Of a DNA stretch of 64,000 bases, positions 49,727 through 58,511 are shown in pieces. The translations under genes and the position numbers were made by a program. The notes under the pieces were generated by a model. It saw only the letters and a list, made by a program, of their open reading frames with translations, made no database searches and had not been told where the DNA came from. Source of the stretch: a bacterium (GTDB taxonomy: Bacteria > Arandabacterota > Arandabacteria > Arandabacterales > Arandabacteraceae); NCBI GenBank assembly GCA_025774845.1, contig JALGZP010000011.1:479-64478 (forward strand), given 5' to 3'. Each line of letters begins with the position of its first letter. Position 1 is the stretch's first letter.

Positions 49727-51610
49727 ATGAGTTCCAGGGGGCTCTACTTCAGACTGATCTCATTCATGAAGCCTTACTGGAAGCGGTTGACATGCGCGTT
49801 GCTTCTCATGGTTATGGTGGCGATCTTCAGCGGTATCTCGATCGGTATGATTCTCCCCTTTGTCAACGTGATATTCTCGGGTGGGAAACTGGATCTGGCG
49901 GGGACGACGGACGGTGAGGCAGGTGGGATCATGGGTGTGGCGCCGGAAGCCCTCTCTTCGGTACAGGAAACCGTGAGGCAGAAGGTACTTTCCTTCTACT
50001 CCTCGGATTCACCGGTCGTTACCCTTGAGCGGATCTGCGTCTCCATCCTTGTCATCTATTTCCTCAAGGGCTTGTTTACCTATCTCCTTGCGATCGTCAA
50101 CGCATCCCTCGAACAACGCGTGATCCGCGATGTCCGGAACGGTCTCTACACGCACCTCCACAGGTTGACGTTGTCGTTCTTTCACGCCAGCAAGACCGGA
50201 CAGGTGATATCGAGGATCACGAATGATGTGACGCTTATCAGGATGAGCCTGTCAGCCGGGTTCCTCGGGGCACTCCGCGATCTGCTTTTCGTGATCGTTT
50301 ACGCCTCAATCGTGATCTGGATCAGCTGGCGGCTGGCACTCGTCGCCTTCCTTGTGATTCCACCGATAACATTCGGTGTTACAAAGATCGGACACAGACT
50401 CCGGAGATACAGCACCAAGGCCCAGGAGAAGATGGCCGACATCACAAGCGTCCTGCAGGAGACGATATCCGGTATTAGAGTCGTAAAGGCATTCGGCATG
50501 GAGGATTTCGAGACAACCAAGTTCTACCGCCATACGAGGGGTTTCTTCTCCGCATTCATGACCCAACAGCGTGCGGCCTCACTCGCACCTCCCATGACCG
50601 AGTTTCTTGGAGCTACGGGAGCACTGGTCGTGCTGTGGTACGGCGGGACCCAGGTGCTTGAAGGACATCTTTTGAGTCCCGACTGGTTTCTGATCTTCCT
50701 GGCAGCGATGCTTTCAATCATACACCCGGCGAAGAATCTGACTCATGCCAGCGCAAAGATACAGGAAGGTCTGGCCGCAGCGAGACGGATATTCGAGATA
50801 CTGGATACAGTGCCCGAAATAACCGACAGCAAGGATGCTGTGGATATCGATACGATAAGCGAGGGGCTCGAGTTTGAGAATGTCAGTTTCACGTATGGCG
50901 AACAGGAATACGTTCTGAGAGACATCAGTTTCAAGGTAAAGAAGGGGCAGGTTGTGGCCATCGTCGGTCCCAGCGGCGCAGGCAAGTCCACCCTGGTGGA
51001 TTTGATCCCGCGCTTCTACGATCCGACCTCCGGGGGCGTGAAGATCGACGGTAAGGACATTAGGTCGTCGACCATCCGCTCACTTCGAAGCCTTATGGGA
51101 ATAGTCACCCAGGAGACAATACTCTTCAATGATACGGTTAGAAACAACATAGCGTACGGTATAGAGGACATACCGCTTGAGAAGGTAGCCGGGGCTGCAA
51201 AAGCGGCGAATGCCCACGACTTCATAAGTAACCTGCCGGAAAAGTATGATACCGTAATCGGGGACAGGGGAGTGAGACTGTCCGGCGGAGAGCGCCAGAG
51301 GATTGCGATCGCCAGGGCCATACTCAAGAACCCTCAGATCCTGATCTTTGATGAGGCGACCTCGTCGCTTGATTCTGAATCGGAGAAACTCGTACAGGAC
51401 GCCATACAGCATCTGATCTCAAAACGGACCAACTTCGTGATTGCCCACAGGCTGTCGACCGTGACGAATGCGGATTTGATTCTTGTTCTGGATGATGGGA
51501 GGATAGTCGAGTCCGGGCGTCATGAAGAGTTGCTTGCGGCCGGACAGGTCTACAGGAAACTCTATGACCTGCAGTTTAAGGATTATCCGCAGGCCGTCCG
51601 GGAAGGCTAG
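49727..51610 (+). CDS. msbA: MsbA-like ABC transporter (TMD plus NBD)
   Basis: SRITND, IRVVKAF, GPSGAGKST, LSGGERQR, DEATSSLD, IAHRLST; located among LPS genes. Confidence 0.85.
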   Translation: MSSRGLYFRLISFMKPYWKRLTCALLLMVMVAIFSGISIGMILPFVNVIFSGGKLDLAGTTDGEAGGIMGVAPEALSSVQETVRQKVLSFYSSDSPVVTLERICVSILVIYFLKGLFTYLLAIVNASLEQRVIRDVRNGLYTHLHRLTLSFFHASKTGQVISRITNDVTLIRMSLSAGFLGALRDLLFVIVYASIVIWISWRLALVAFLVIPPITFGVTKIGHRLRRYSTKAQEKMADITSVLQETISGIRVVKAFGMEDFETTKFYRHTRGFFSAFMTQQRAASLAPPMTEFLGATGALVVLWYGGTQVLEGHLLSPDWFLIFLAAMLSIIHPAKNLTHASAKIQEGLAAARRIFEILDTVPEITDSKDAVDIDTISEGLEFENVSFTYGEQEYVLRDISFKVKKGQVVAIVGPSGAGKSTLVDLIPRFYDPTSGGVKIDGKDIRSSTIRSLRSLMGIVTQETILFNDTVRNNIAYGIEDIPLEKVAGAAKAANAHDFISNLPEKYDTVIGDRGVRLSGGERQRIAIARAILKNPQILIFDEATSSLDSESEKLVQDAIQHLISKRTNFVIAHRLSTVTNADLILVLDDGRIVESGRHEELLAAGQVYRKLYDLQFKDYPQAVREG

Positions 51611-51615
51611 CACCT

Positions 51616-52629
51616 GTGGCAAACCTGTTGATCGTCAGGCTCAGCTCATTCGGAGACATTGTTCTCACCGAACCTGCCACCCGGGCGGTGAAGCAGCATT
51701 ATCCGGCCGGCAGACTATGGTTTGTCACCTCTGAGCAGTATAGCGGGATACCGCGGCTTTTCTCCTCTGTTGACTCTGTGATAACCTATTCGAGGGGTGG
51801 TCCCAATCCCGAACTGGACGCCGTCGCAAGGGACACCGAGTTCGATGCGGTAATAGACCTCCAGGGCAACCTGCGTTCCCGCCGTATAACCGCGAGGCTG
51901 CGAAGCAGGAAGACAGTCAGACACCGCAGACAGCAGTTTCGCCGTTTCGTTAGCGTGTACCTGCCGTGGATCCGGAGAGAGAACCTCGACCATACTGTTC
52001 AGTCATATGCGGGCGCCGTCCGCGGACTCGGTATCGAGCCCCCCGACAATGTCCCCGGCATAGAGCCGCCCGGGGCGGATCTTAAGAAGGCAGTCGGCAG
52101 GTTCGGAGCAGGACCTTTCATCGGTGTCTGCCCCGGAGGCAGCAGCCCGCACAAGAGATGGAGTGAGGAACACTTTGCCGACCTGATCGGCTGTTTCACA
52201 GAAAAGGGCAGGAGGGTTCTTATCATAGGGTCCGACGCGGACAGGACCGTTGCCGAGGCGGTTGCCGGGAGTCTGAGTGGGGGAGACGTGGAGGTTTACA
52301 TAGGTAACGACGTCGGTATGATCGCGGGTCTCCTGTCAATGTGTGCCGCAACGGTCACCAACGATTCAGGTCTGATGCACCTGGCCGGTGCCGTGGGTTC
52401 TGGAGTTGTTTCGATCTTCGGTCCCACTTCGCCGCTGCTCGGGTTCGCTCCGATGGCCCGGGGCGCGGTGGTGGTAACACGCGGTCTGGCGTGCAGCCCG
52501 TGCAGTTTTCACGGTAACAAGCCGTGCAAGTATGAGACAAGACAATGCCTGGAGGAGATCGACCCGGGCGAAGTGGCTGGGATAGTCAATGATATGGTCG
52601 GTAACGGAAGACCGGAAAGCGGACGCTAA
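51616..52629 (+). CDS. Glycosyltransferase family 9 (heptosyltransferase-like)
   Basis: IVRLSSFGDIVL, IDLQGN, KRW, TNDSGLMHLA, FGPT, CSPC. Confidence 0.9.
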   Translation: MANLLIVRLSSFGDIVLTEPATRAVKQHYPAGRLWFVTSEQYSGIPRLFSSVDSVITYSRGGPNPELDAVARDTEFDAVIDLQGNLRSRRITARLRSRKTVRHRRQQFRRFVSVYLPWIRRENLDHTVQSYAGAVRGLGIEPPDNVPGIEPPGADLKKAVGRFGAGPFIGVCPGGSSPHKRWSEEHFADLIGCFTEKGRRVLIIGSDADRTVAEAVAGSLSGGDVEVYIGNDVGMIAGLLSMCAATVTNDSGLMHLAGAVGSGVVSIFGPTSPLLGFAPMARGAVVVTRGLACSPCSFHGNKPCKYETRQCLEEIDPGEVAGIVNDMVGNGRPESGR

Positions 52630-53653
52630 GAAGGTCAGTCTGGCAGCGAGAGCTCCTAACTGGCTTGGGGATGCCGTGCTTGCCATCCCCGCCGTCCGGG
52701 GGCTGGTTGACTGCGCGCGGCGCGGTCGTGTCGTAGTGCTGGCTTCGACCGCATCAGCGGAAGTGTTTTCAAGGATACCCGGCACACTCGTCTTCCCGGT
52801 TCGGCGGCCCGGTGCAGGGGCAGCCGATTCGTTGCGGGCCGTGCTCAAGGGAGCCTCGATTCTCCGCACCTTCGGTCCCGTGTGGGCATTCAGCTTCACC
52901 CGGTCGTTTACCTCTGCGGCCATGTGCCGGCTCGGGAGGGTACCGCGGCGAGTCGGCTTTGCAGACAGCTCGTTCTCATTTTTCTATACCGACAAGGTGC
53001 CCCGTGTGGCGCCCGGGCATGAGCACCTCACCGAGACCTATTGCAGGCTGGTCGAGAGTATGGGTATAAAGATCATCGACAGAGTCCCGGCTCTGGAGCC
53101 GACCGAAAGCGATCGTCTGAACGGCCGGCAGGCCCTGGAGAAGTATGGGCTCCTCGAGGGTGGTTACCTGTGCCTCTTTCCGGGAGCCAGGTACGGACCG
53201 GCGAAGCGCTGGGATCCGGCTCGATTCGCTTCGCTCGGGGATAACGCAGTCGACAGGTTTCATCTGAAAGTCGTGTTACTGGGGAGCGGGAGTGATGCTG
53301 CCGCCTGCAGCGCTGTCCGGGAGAAGATGAACAGGGAAAGTCTCAACCTCTGTGGTGATCTGGATTTCTCAGGCCTCGTGGGCCTACTCAGCATGTGTCG
53401 CGCAACCGTTTCAAACGATAGCGGCGGCATGCATCTCGCAGCAGCGCTTGGAGTGCCTACCGTCGGTTTGTTTTTCTCCACAGACCCAGGGTGGACGCGC
53501 CCTCTGTCTCCTGAATCCACCTCTCTTTCTAGCAGGATGGAATGCTCCCCGTGTTTTGCCAGGGATTGCGGCCGGGGCACACCGTGCACCCAGACGATCG
53601 AAGTTGATGAGGTGACCGGCGTGCTTGCAAAGATCGGAGGGACAACGGCTTGA
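52589..53653 (+). CDS. waaF: LPS heptosyltransferase II (start uncertain)
   Basis: PNWLGDAVL, PGARYGPAKRW, SNDSGGMHLAAALG, CSPCF. Confidence 0.88.
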   Translation: MIWSVTEDRKADAKKVSLAARAPNWLGDAVLAIPAVRGLVDCARRGRVVVLASTASAEVFSRIPGTLVFPVRRPGAGAADSLRAVLKGASILRTFGPVWAFSFTRSFTSAAMCRLGRVPRRVGFADSSFSFFYTDKVPRVAPGHEHLTETYCRLVESMGIKIIDRVPALEPTESDRLNGRQALEKYGLLEGGYLCLFPGARYGPAKRWDPARFASLGDNAVDRFHLKVVLLGSGSDAAACSAVREKMNRESLNLCGDLDFSGLVGLLSMCRATVSNDSGGMHLAAALGVPTVGLFFSTDPGWTRPLSPESTSLSSRMECSPCFARDCGRGTPCTQTIEVDEVTGVLAKIGGTTA

Positions 53654-54228
53654 ACAAGGCGGTCTTCTTTGACAGGGACGGCACGCTTCTCATAGAACTG
53701 GGCTACCTCACCCATCCTTCGCGTGTGGCACCGTATCACTTCGCCGCGGAGGCCCTGAGAATGGCACGGGACCATGGATATCTTCTCATCGCGGTCACGA
53801 ATCAATCCGCCATCGCCAGGGGTTACCTCAGCGAAGCCGATCTGGCCGTGATTCACCGGAGGATGCAGGACATCTTCGGGGAGGCCCGGGCGGAGCTCGA
53901 TGCCATATACTATTGTCCTCACCACCCCGATGGAACCGTCAGAGCTTACAGGAAGAAGTGCGACTGCAGGAAGCCCGGGATAGAACTGGGCGTGCAGGCG
54001 GCCCGGAAATTCGATATCGACCTTAAGGGGTCCTTTCTCATCGGGGACAAGGAGACGGATCTGCTTTTCGGCTCGGGCCTCGGTATGACCACCTGTCTGG
54101 TCCGGACGGGATTGGGGGCTCCCGAGGAAGAGCGTCTCGGTGGAGAGGGCTTGAAAGACTCGATGGTTTTCGATAATGTGCTGGATGCGGTGAAGTGGAT
54201 CACCAGAGAGGATGGATGTTCGAGATGA
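53650..54228 (+). CDS. gmhB: D-glycero-D-manno-heptose 1,7-bisphosphate phosphatase
   Basis: DRDGTL, TNQS, CPHHP, CDCRKP, IGDK. Confidence 0.92.
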   Translation: MNKAVFFDRDGTLLIELGYLTHPSRVAPYHFAAEALRMARDHGYLLIAVTNQSAIARGYLSEADLAVIHRRMQDIFGEARAELDAIYYCPHHPDGTVRAYRKKCDCRKPGIELGVQAARKFDIDLKGSFLIGDKETDLLFGSGLGMTTCLVRTGLGAPEEERLGGEGLKDSMVFDNVLDAVKWITREDGCSR

Positions 54229-54950
54229 GAAGAACTTCGGTCGTTGCCGTCGCAGCACTTCTGCTGTTCAGTGCGGCTGCCATGGGACTGCCGTTTAAGA
54301 CCGGAGAGAAACTGACGTTCGCCGTGCGCTATGAATTCGTCAAGGCGGGTGTTGCCACGATGGAGGTTGCCGGGCGGGTGAAATGTGAAGGAGGGGAGTG
54401 CTTCCGGATCGTGTCAGTGGCGCGGTCGACGATGCCGTTTTCCCTTTTCTTCGAGGTTGAGGACCGGGTCGAATCGCTCCTTGATGTGGAGAAACTCTAT
54501 ACGTGGCGTTATGAGAAGAACCTCAAGGAAGGGAACTACCGGGCGAGGGAGGTTGTTGTCTTCGACCAGCGGGAGCATACCGCCACCTACCCTGACGGCC
54601 GGGTTGTGACCATTCCGGAAGGGGTTCAGGACGTCCTGACGTCACTTTACTATATCAGGACCATGGATCTCGAGGTCGGGAAGAGTGTCTTCATTGAAAA
54701 CCACGCAGACGGAAAGAACTACCCGCTTGAGGTCAAGGTGCTCGGGGTCGAGATAATCAAGGTTCCTGCAGGTAAGTACGAGTGCTTCATCCTCGAACCG
54801 ATTCTCAAGGCCTCGGGTATATTTCAGCATAAGGGTCGTCTGACCGTCTGGATGTCTACCGATCCCAGTCACATTCCCGTGATGATGAAGAGCAAGGTTG
54901 CGATCGGTTCCATCAACGTGGTTCTGCTCGAGGCGGAAACGGGTAAATAG
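54225..54950 (+). CDS. DUF3108 family exported protein
   Basis: Signal peptide, GEKLTF, DVLTSLYYIR, VPAG, VWMSTD..IPV; ATG overlaps the gmhB stop. Confidence 0.8.
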   Translation: MRRTSVVAVAALLLFSAAAMGLPFKTGEKLTFAVRYEFVKAGVATMEVAGRVKCEGGECFRIVSVARSTMPFSLFFEVEDRVESLLDVEKLYTWRYEKNLKEGNYRAREVVVFDQREHTATYPDGRVVTIPEGVQDVLTSLYYIRTMDLEVGKSVFIENHADGKNYPLEVKVLGVEIIKVPAGKYECFILEPILKASGIFQHKGRLTVWMSTDPSHIPVMMKSKVAIGSINVVLLEAETGK

Positions 54951-54965
54951 ACAGGAGACCGACAG

Positions 54966-55895
54966 ATGGGAAGCAAGAAGGACAAGAAGATATCCATAGA
55001 GCACAGGACGAGCAAAGTCGACATCAACGATTTCGCAGGTCTGCCTGACGGCTTCTCCTGGTATGAAAACCTGAGGTCGATGATCCCCCGGATCCTGAGG
55101 GGGAAGGACATCGAAGATCTGAGTGAGCGAGTTGTGGGAGCGAGACGGAATGACAGACCGGTCGTCATCATGATGGGCGCGCATGTGGTAAAGTGCGGTC
55201 TTGGCGGTCTGATCTGCGAGCTGATGAGAAAGGGTGTGGTAACTGCGCTTGCGATGAACGGAGCCTGCGCCATCCATGACGTGGAAATCGCGTTGTGGGG
55301 TAAGACATCCGAGGACGTGGAAGCCGGTCTCGAGCATGGGACTTTCGGGATGACCGGGGAGACCAGTGCGTTCTTCAATGACGCCGCCTCCGCTTGCCTG
55401 CAGGATGATATCGGGTTCGGGAAGGCCATAGGCGAACAGCTGGCCCGGATGAGACCCGCCAATCCGGAGCTCAGCGTTATGGCAACGGCACACAACCTGG
55501 GCATCCCTGTGACGGTGCACGTGGCCATCGGCACCGATGTCGTGCACCAGCATGACGAGGCCGACGGGAAGGCAATCGGTGCAGGCACATTGATGGATTT
55601 CCGTACGTTTTCATCCCTGGTAGCGGATCTCAACGGGGGTGTGATACTCAATCTGGGTTCGGCTGTCATAATGCCCGAGGTGTTTCTCAAGGCCCTGGCC
55701 AGGGCCCGTAACGCGGGTTCCGCTCTCGGGGAGTTCACAACAGCCAATTTCGACATGTTTTCCCTCTATAGGCCCACGACAAGTGTTGTCAGGCGGCCGA
55801 AAGCAATGGGAGCAACCACCTTCAGTTTCCTGGGTCACCACGAGATTCTCCTGCCTGTATTTGTCGCTTCAGTGCTGTCCAGAACAAGCGGCTGA
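54966..55895 (+). CDS. Conserved hypothetical protein with deoxyhypusine-synthase-like fold (GSU2086-like)
   Basis: MGAHVVKCGL, AMNGA..IHD.EIA, TVHVAIGTD, GSAVIMPEVFLKAL, GHHEI. Confidence 0.65.
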   Translation: MGSKKDKKISIEHRTSKVDINDFAGLPDGFSWYENLRSMIPRILRGKDIEDLSERVVGARRNDRPVVIMMGAHVVKCGLGGLICELMRKGVVTALAMNGACAIHDVEIALWGKTSEDVEAGLEHGTFGMTGETSAFFNDAASACLQDDIGFGKAIGEQLARMRPANPELSVMATAHNLGIPVTVHVAIGTDVVHQHDEADGKAIGAGTLMDFRTFSSLVADLNGGVILNLGSAVIMPEVFLKALARARNAGSALGEFTTANFDMFSLYRPTTSVVRRPKAMGATTFSFLGHHEILLPVFVASVLSRTSG

Positions 55896-55896
55896 G

Positions 55897-55911
55897 TGGC
55901 ACGCAAATTGC
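55897..55911 (+). promoter_or_regulatory. Sigma54 (-24/-12) promoter motif
   Basis: TGGCAC-GCAAA-TTGC matches the TGGCAC-N5-TTGC consensus. Confidence 0.65.
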
Positions 55912-56058
55912 CCTGTTTGACCCTATGTACGGGTGTTGACATCCACCCGTAGACAGTTGACGTGGAGGAGTGTGGTTTAGTGACCCCCTGTAAAACAGCG
56001 GGATCGGCGGCTATTGCAATCTGCGAACAGCGGTTGCAATCTGCAGCACCGATGTTAC

Positions 56059-56087
56059 TTGACTTAGCAGAACTTATGTGCTATACT
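56059..56087 (+). promoter_or_regulatory. Strong sigma70 promoter upstream of the polysaccharide locus
   Basis: TTGACT-N17-TATACT with extended -10 TG. Confidence 0.7.
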
Positions 56088-56093
56088 AAAAAA

Positions 56094-56262
56094 GTAATTA
56101 GGAGTGAAAGGAGTGGTTTCAGAGGTAAGCTTGCTACAGACAAAGCAGTAAAATTCGTTAGAACGACAGGATCGAACAGGTGTCTGATGGCAAGTTTACA
56201 GTGCACAGAGACAAAGTCAGACTTTGACGGGATGATGCTTTCGCATTGTTCCGGTTTTTTTT
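56094..56262 (+). ncRNA. Candidate structured leader RNA or sRNA
   Basis: 18-bp helix 56125-56142/56181-56199 with two G-U pairs; palindrome 56212-56226; terminator 56228-56262. Confidence 0.45.
56228..56262 (+). terminator. Intrinsic terminator immediately before the wza ribosome-binding site
   Basis: CGGGATGATGC-TTTC-GCATTGTTCCG then GTTTTTTTT; AGGAGG SD at 56268-56273. Confidence 0.7.
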
Positions 56263-56279
56263 GATACAGGAGGACTGAA

Positions 56280-57032
56280 GTGAAACGATCGATCGCCATC
56301 TTGCTCGCGTGCCTGGCCCTTGCCGCCGGTTGTGGCGGATCCAAACCCGAACTTGAGCTGGATACGGTACCTGAGCCGACCCCAGTTGAGCAGGCCGAAG
56401 TTGAAATCCGAATGCCGGAGCGCCAGCCTTATACATTCGTGGCCGGGGATGCTTTCGCCCTCCGGTTCTTCTATTACCCTCAGCATAATGTTGAAGTCGT
56501 AATCAGACCTGATGGGATGGTCACGATTCCCCTCCTGGGAGAGGTGATGGTTGAGGGGATGAAACCCACTGAACTTGAGGCTATCGTCAGAGCTCGCTAC
56601 GCTGAGGCTGTGGCGGAACCTGAGGTCGCCGTCATAGTCTCTCAATTCGCTGATCAGACCGTATTTGTCTTTGGTGAGGTCAAGAGGCCGGGGGCATACC
56701 CTCTGCAAGGCAGTATGACCGTGGTTGATGCGGTCGCACGGGCCGGTGGTATTGCAGTGACCGGGAATGCAGGAAGCGTGATCCTGATGAGGAGAAACGG
56801 GGCCGAGGAGTACAGCGGCCGGAAGGTGGATCTCGACGCGGTCATAAGCGAGGAAGGGACAGAGCGCATCCACCTTATGCCCAGCGATGTGATCTTTGTG
56901 CCTATGACGGCGATCGCCAAGGTCGATCTATTTGTCGAACAGTACTTCAAGAACTTGTCTCCGGCATTACTGTTCTATTTATATGTGAATGATGTGGCAA
57001 CCAGAGAAGGCAGTGTGATCATCAGGAATTAG
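56280..57032 (+). CDS. wza: Polysaccharide export lipoprotein (Wza/OPX, Poly_export plus SLBB)
   Basis: Lipobox LAAG-C, IRPDGMVTIPLLGEV, VFVFGEVKRPG, DAVARAGG, DVIFVP. Confidence 0.88.
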   Translation: MKRSIAILLACLALAAGCGGSKPELELDTVPEPTPVEQAEVEIRMPERQPYTFVAGDAFALRFFYYPQHNVEVVIRPDGMVTIPLLGEVMVEGMKPTELEAIVRARYAEAVAEPEVAVIVSQFADQTVFVFGEVKRPGAYPLQGSMTVVDAVARAGGIAVTGNAGSVILMRRNGAEEYSGRKVDLDAVISEEGTERIHLMPSDVIFVPMTAIAKVDLFVEQYFKNLSPALLFYLYVNDVATREGSVIIRN

Positions 57033-57066
57033 GGGAAAACGTCATAATCATGAATGGAGTGACGTC

Positions 57067-58500
57067 ATGACAGGAAACGGTTCAGGTGGGAGTCAGATTT
57101 CAGCACGAGAGATACTTACCGTCATTTTCAGACGGAAGGTTCCTATCATTCTCTGTGCGATCGTGGTAGCCGCGGCAGCGCTCAGTGCCGCGTCTCGAAC
57201 AACGTCTGTCTATCAGGCCACGGCGAAGGTGTTGCTGAGAAGGACCGGTGCGCACCCGCTTGCGACCTCGTGGACGCCTTTCTACGGTCTCGAGGAGGAG
57301 ATGAACACCGAGGTCGAGCTTGTCAACACCGCAACCGTATTGGATCATGCCGTGGATATACTCCGTGATGAGAACGTCCGTGTCCACGTAGCAGTCGCTG
57401 ACAGCCAGGTCACTAGAGAGCCGACCGTTGGCGATCTCAGGGCGGGTATCGATGCCTACCCTGTGGAGATGTCAAACGTGATGTTGATCCGTTACACGGG
57501 GGCCGACCCGGCCTTCGTTGGTGAAGCGGCAAACGCAGTCGCGAAGGCATATGTCGAATACCGCGCACAGGTGAGGAAATCGGGTGATATGAAGAACTTC
57601 TTTGAGGACCAGCTGGCGGTACTCGAAGGCAGGCTTATGGGCCTGATAGAGAGCGAGCTCGAGCTGAGGAAACAGGGTGAGATCTATGACCTTGAATGGC
57701 AATACCAGACCGCGATCTCCCGGAGCAGCGAACTAAGGGAGACCTGGGCCGATGTCAAGAGCAAGAGGATCGCCGAGGAAGAGAAACTCCGTCTGATAAA
57801 GAGCAGGCTCGAAGACGATCCGGATATCATGGTTCCGTTTTCCGACATTCTGAGATCCGGACTTGGCGCAGAGATGATGTCGGAGTACTGGCGACTGAAG
57901 GGAAAACGCGACGAGAAGGCGACATACCTGACGGAGTCTAATCACGAGGTCAAGATGCTGGACATCCGGATCGAGAAGATGAGGGGGAGGTTCCGGGAGG
58001 AAGTCGACCGCCGGATAAAGGAGAAGGAGTTCCTGATAGAGGATCTCAAGGCTGAAGAGAACGGATTCGCGGTCCTGGTACAGGAGCTAGAGGAGGCACT
58101 GAGACAGACTCCCAAAGAGGTTGCACAGATTGAGCACCTGAAGAGAGAGATTCATTTCACATACACTCATTACGACAAGGTTCTCGACAAGATGTTGGAT
58201 GCGGTGGCTGCCGAGGCCGACGACATAAGAATTGCGAATGCCAAGGTCATCAGTCCTGCTATTGCACGTAGCACCAGGGCCGGCCAGATGCAGGGTGTTT
58301 ACGTCGCGTTCTCAATTATGCTTGGCATAACGCTGGGTATCGGTTTCGGGTTCCTGCTTGAGAACCTCGATCACTCGGTGAAATCCGCAGCCGACGTTGA
58401 AGACGACATCGGGGTTCCGCTTCTTGGCTCGATACCTCAGAGCCGGAAGATGGCCGGATTGACGAACAGGGTCGACAGGACATTCGGAAAGGATTCGTAA
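57067..58500 (+). CDS. Polysaccharide co-polymerase (GumC/Wzz-like, Wzc N-terminal part)
   Basis: Two TMs flanking a coiled coil; YQATAKVLL, ENLDHSVKSAADVE..IGVPLLGSIP. Confidence 0.85.
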   Translation: MTGNGSGGSQISAREILTVIFRRKVPIILCAIVVAAAALSAASRTTSVYQATAKVLLRRTGAHPLATSWTPFYGLEEEMNTEVELVNTATVLDHAVDILRDENVRVHVAVADSQVTREPTVGDLRAGIDAYPVEMSNVMLIRYTGADPAFVGEAANAVAKAYVEYRAQVRKSGDMKNFFEDQLAVLEGRLMGLIESELELRKQGEIYDLEWQYQTAISRSSELRETWADVKSKRIAEEEKLRLIKSRLEDDPDIMVPFSDILRSGLGAEMMSEYWRLKGKRDEKATYLTESNHEVKMLDIRIEKMRGRFREEVDRRIKEKEFLIEDLKAEENGFAVLVQELEEALRQTPKEVAQIEHLKREIHFTYTHYDKVLDKMLDAVAAEADDIRIANAKVISPAIARSTRAGQMQGVYVAFSIMLGITLGIGFGFLLENLDHSVKSAADVEDDIGVPLLGSIPQSRKMAGLTNRVDRTFGKDS

Positions 58501-58511
58501 CGAGGGTTTAA

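Noticed and set aside
8812-55895. EF-P modification pathway formed by efp, the DHS-like gene and the spermidine-synthase-like gene
   Set aside because: The genes are tens of kb apart in unrelated operons and the spermidine synthase motifs are degenerate; there is no direct support.
55962-56264. 100-aa ORF in the region upstream of wza
   Set aside because: It runs across the sigma70 promoter and terminator and has no recognisable domain; the region is better explained as regulatory. A short leader peptide is not excluded.
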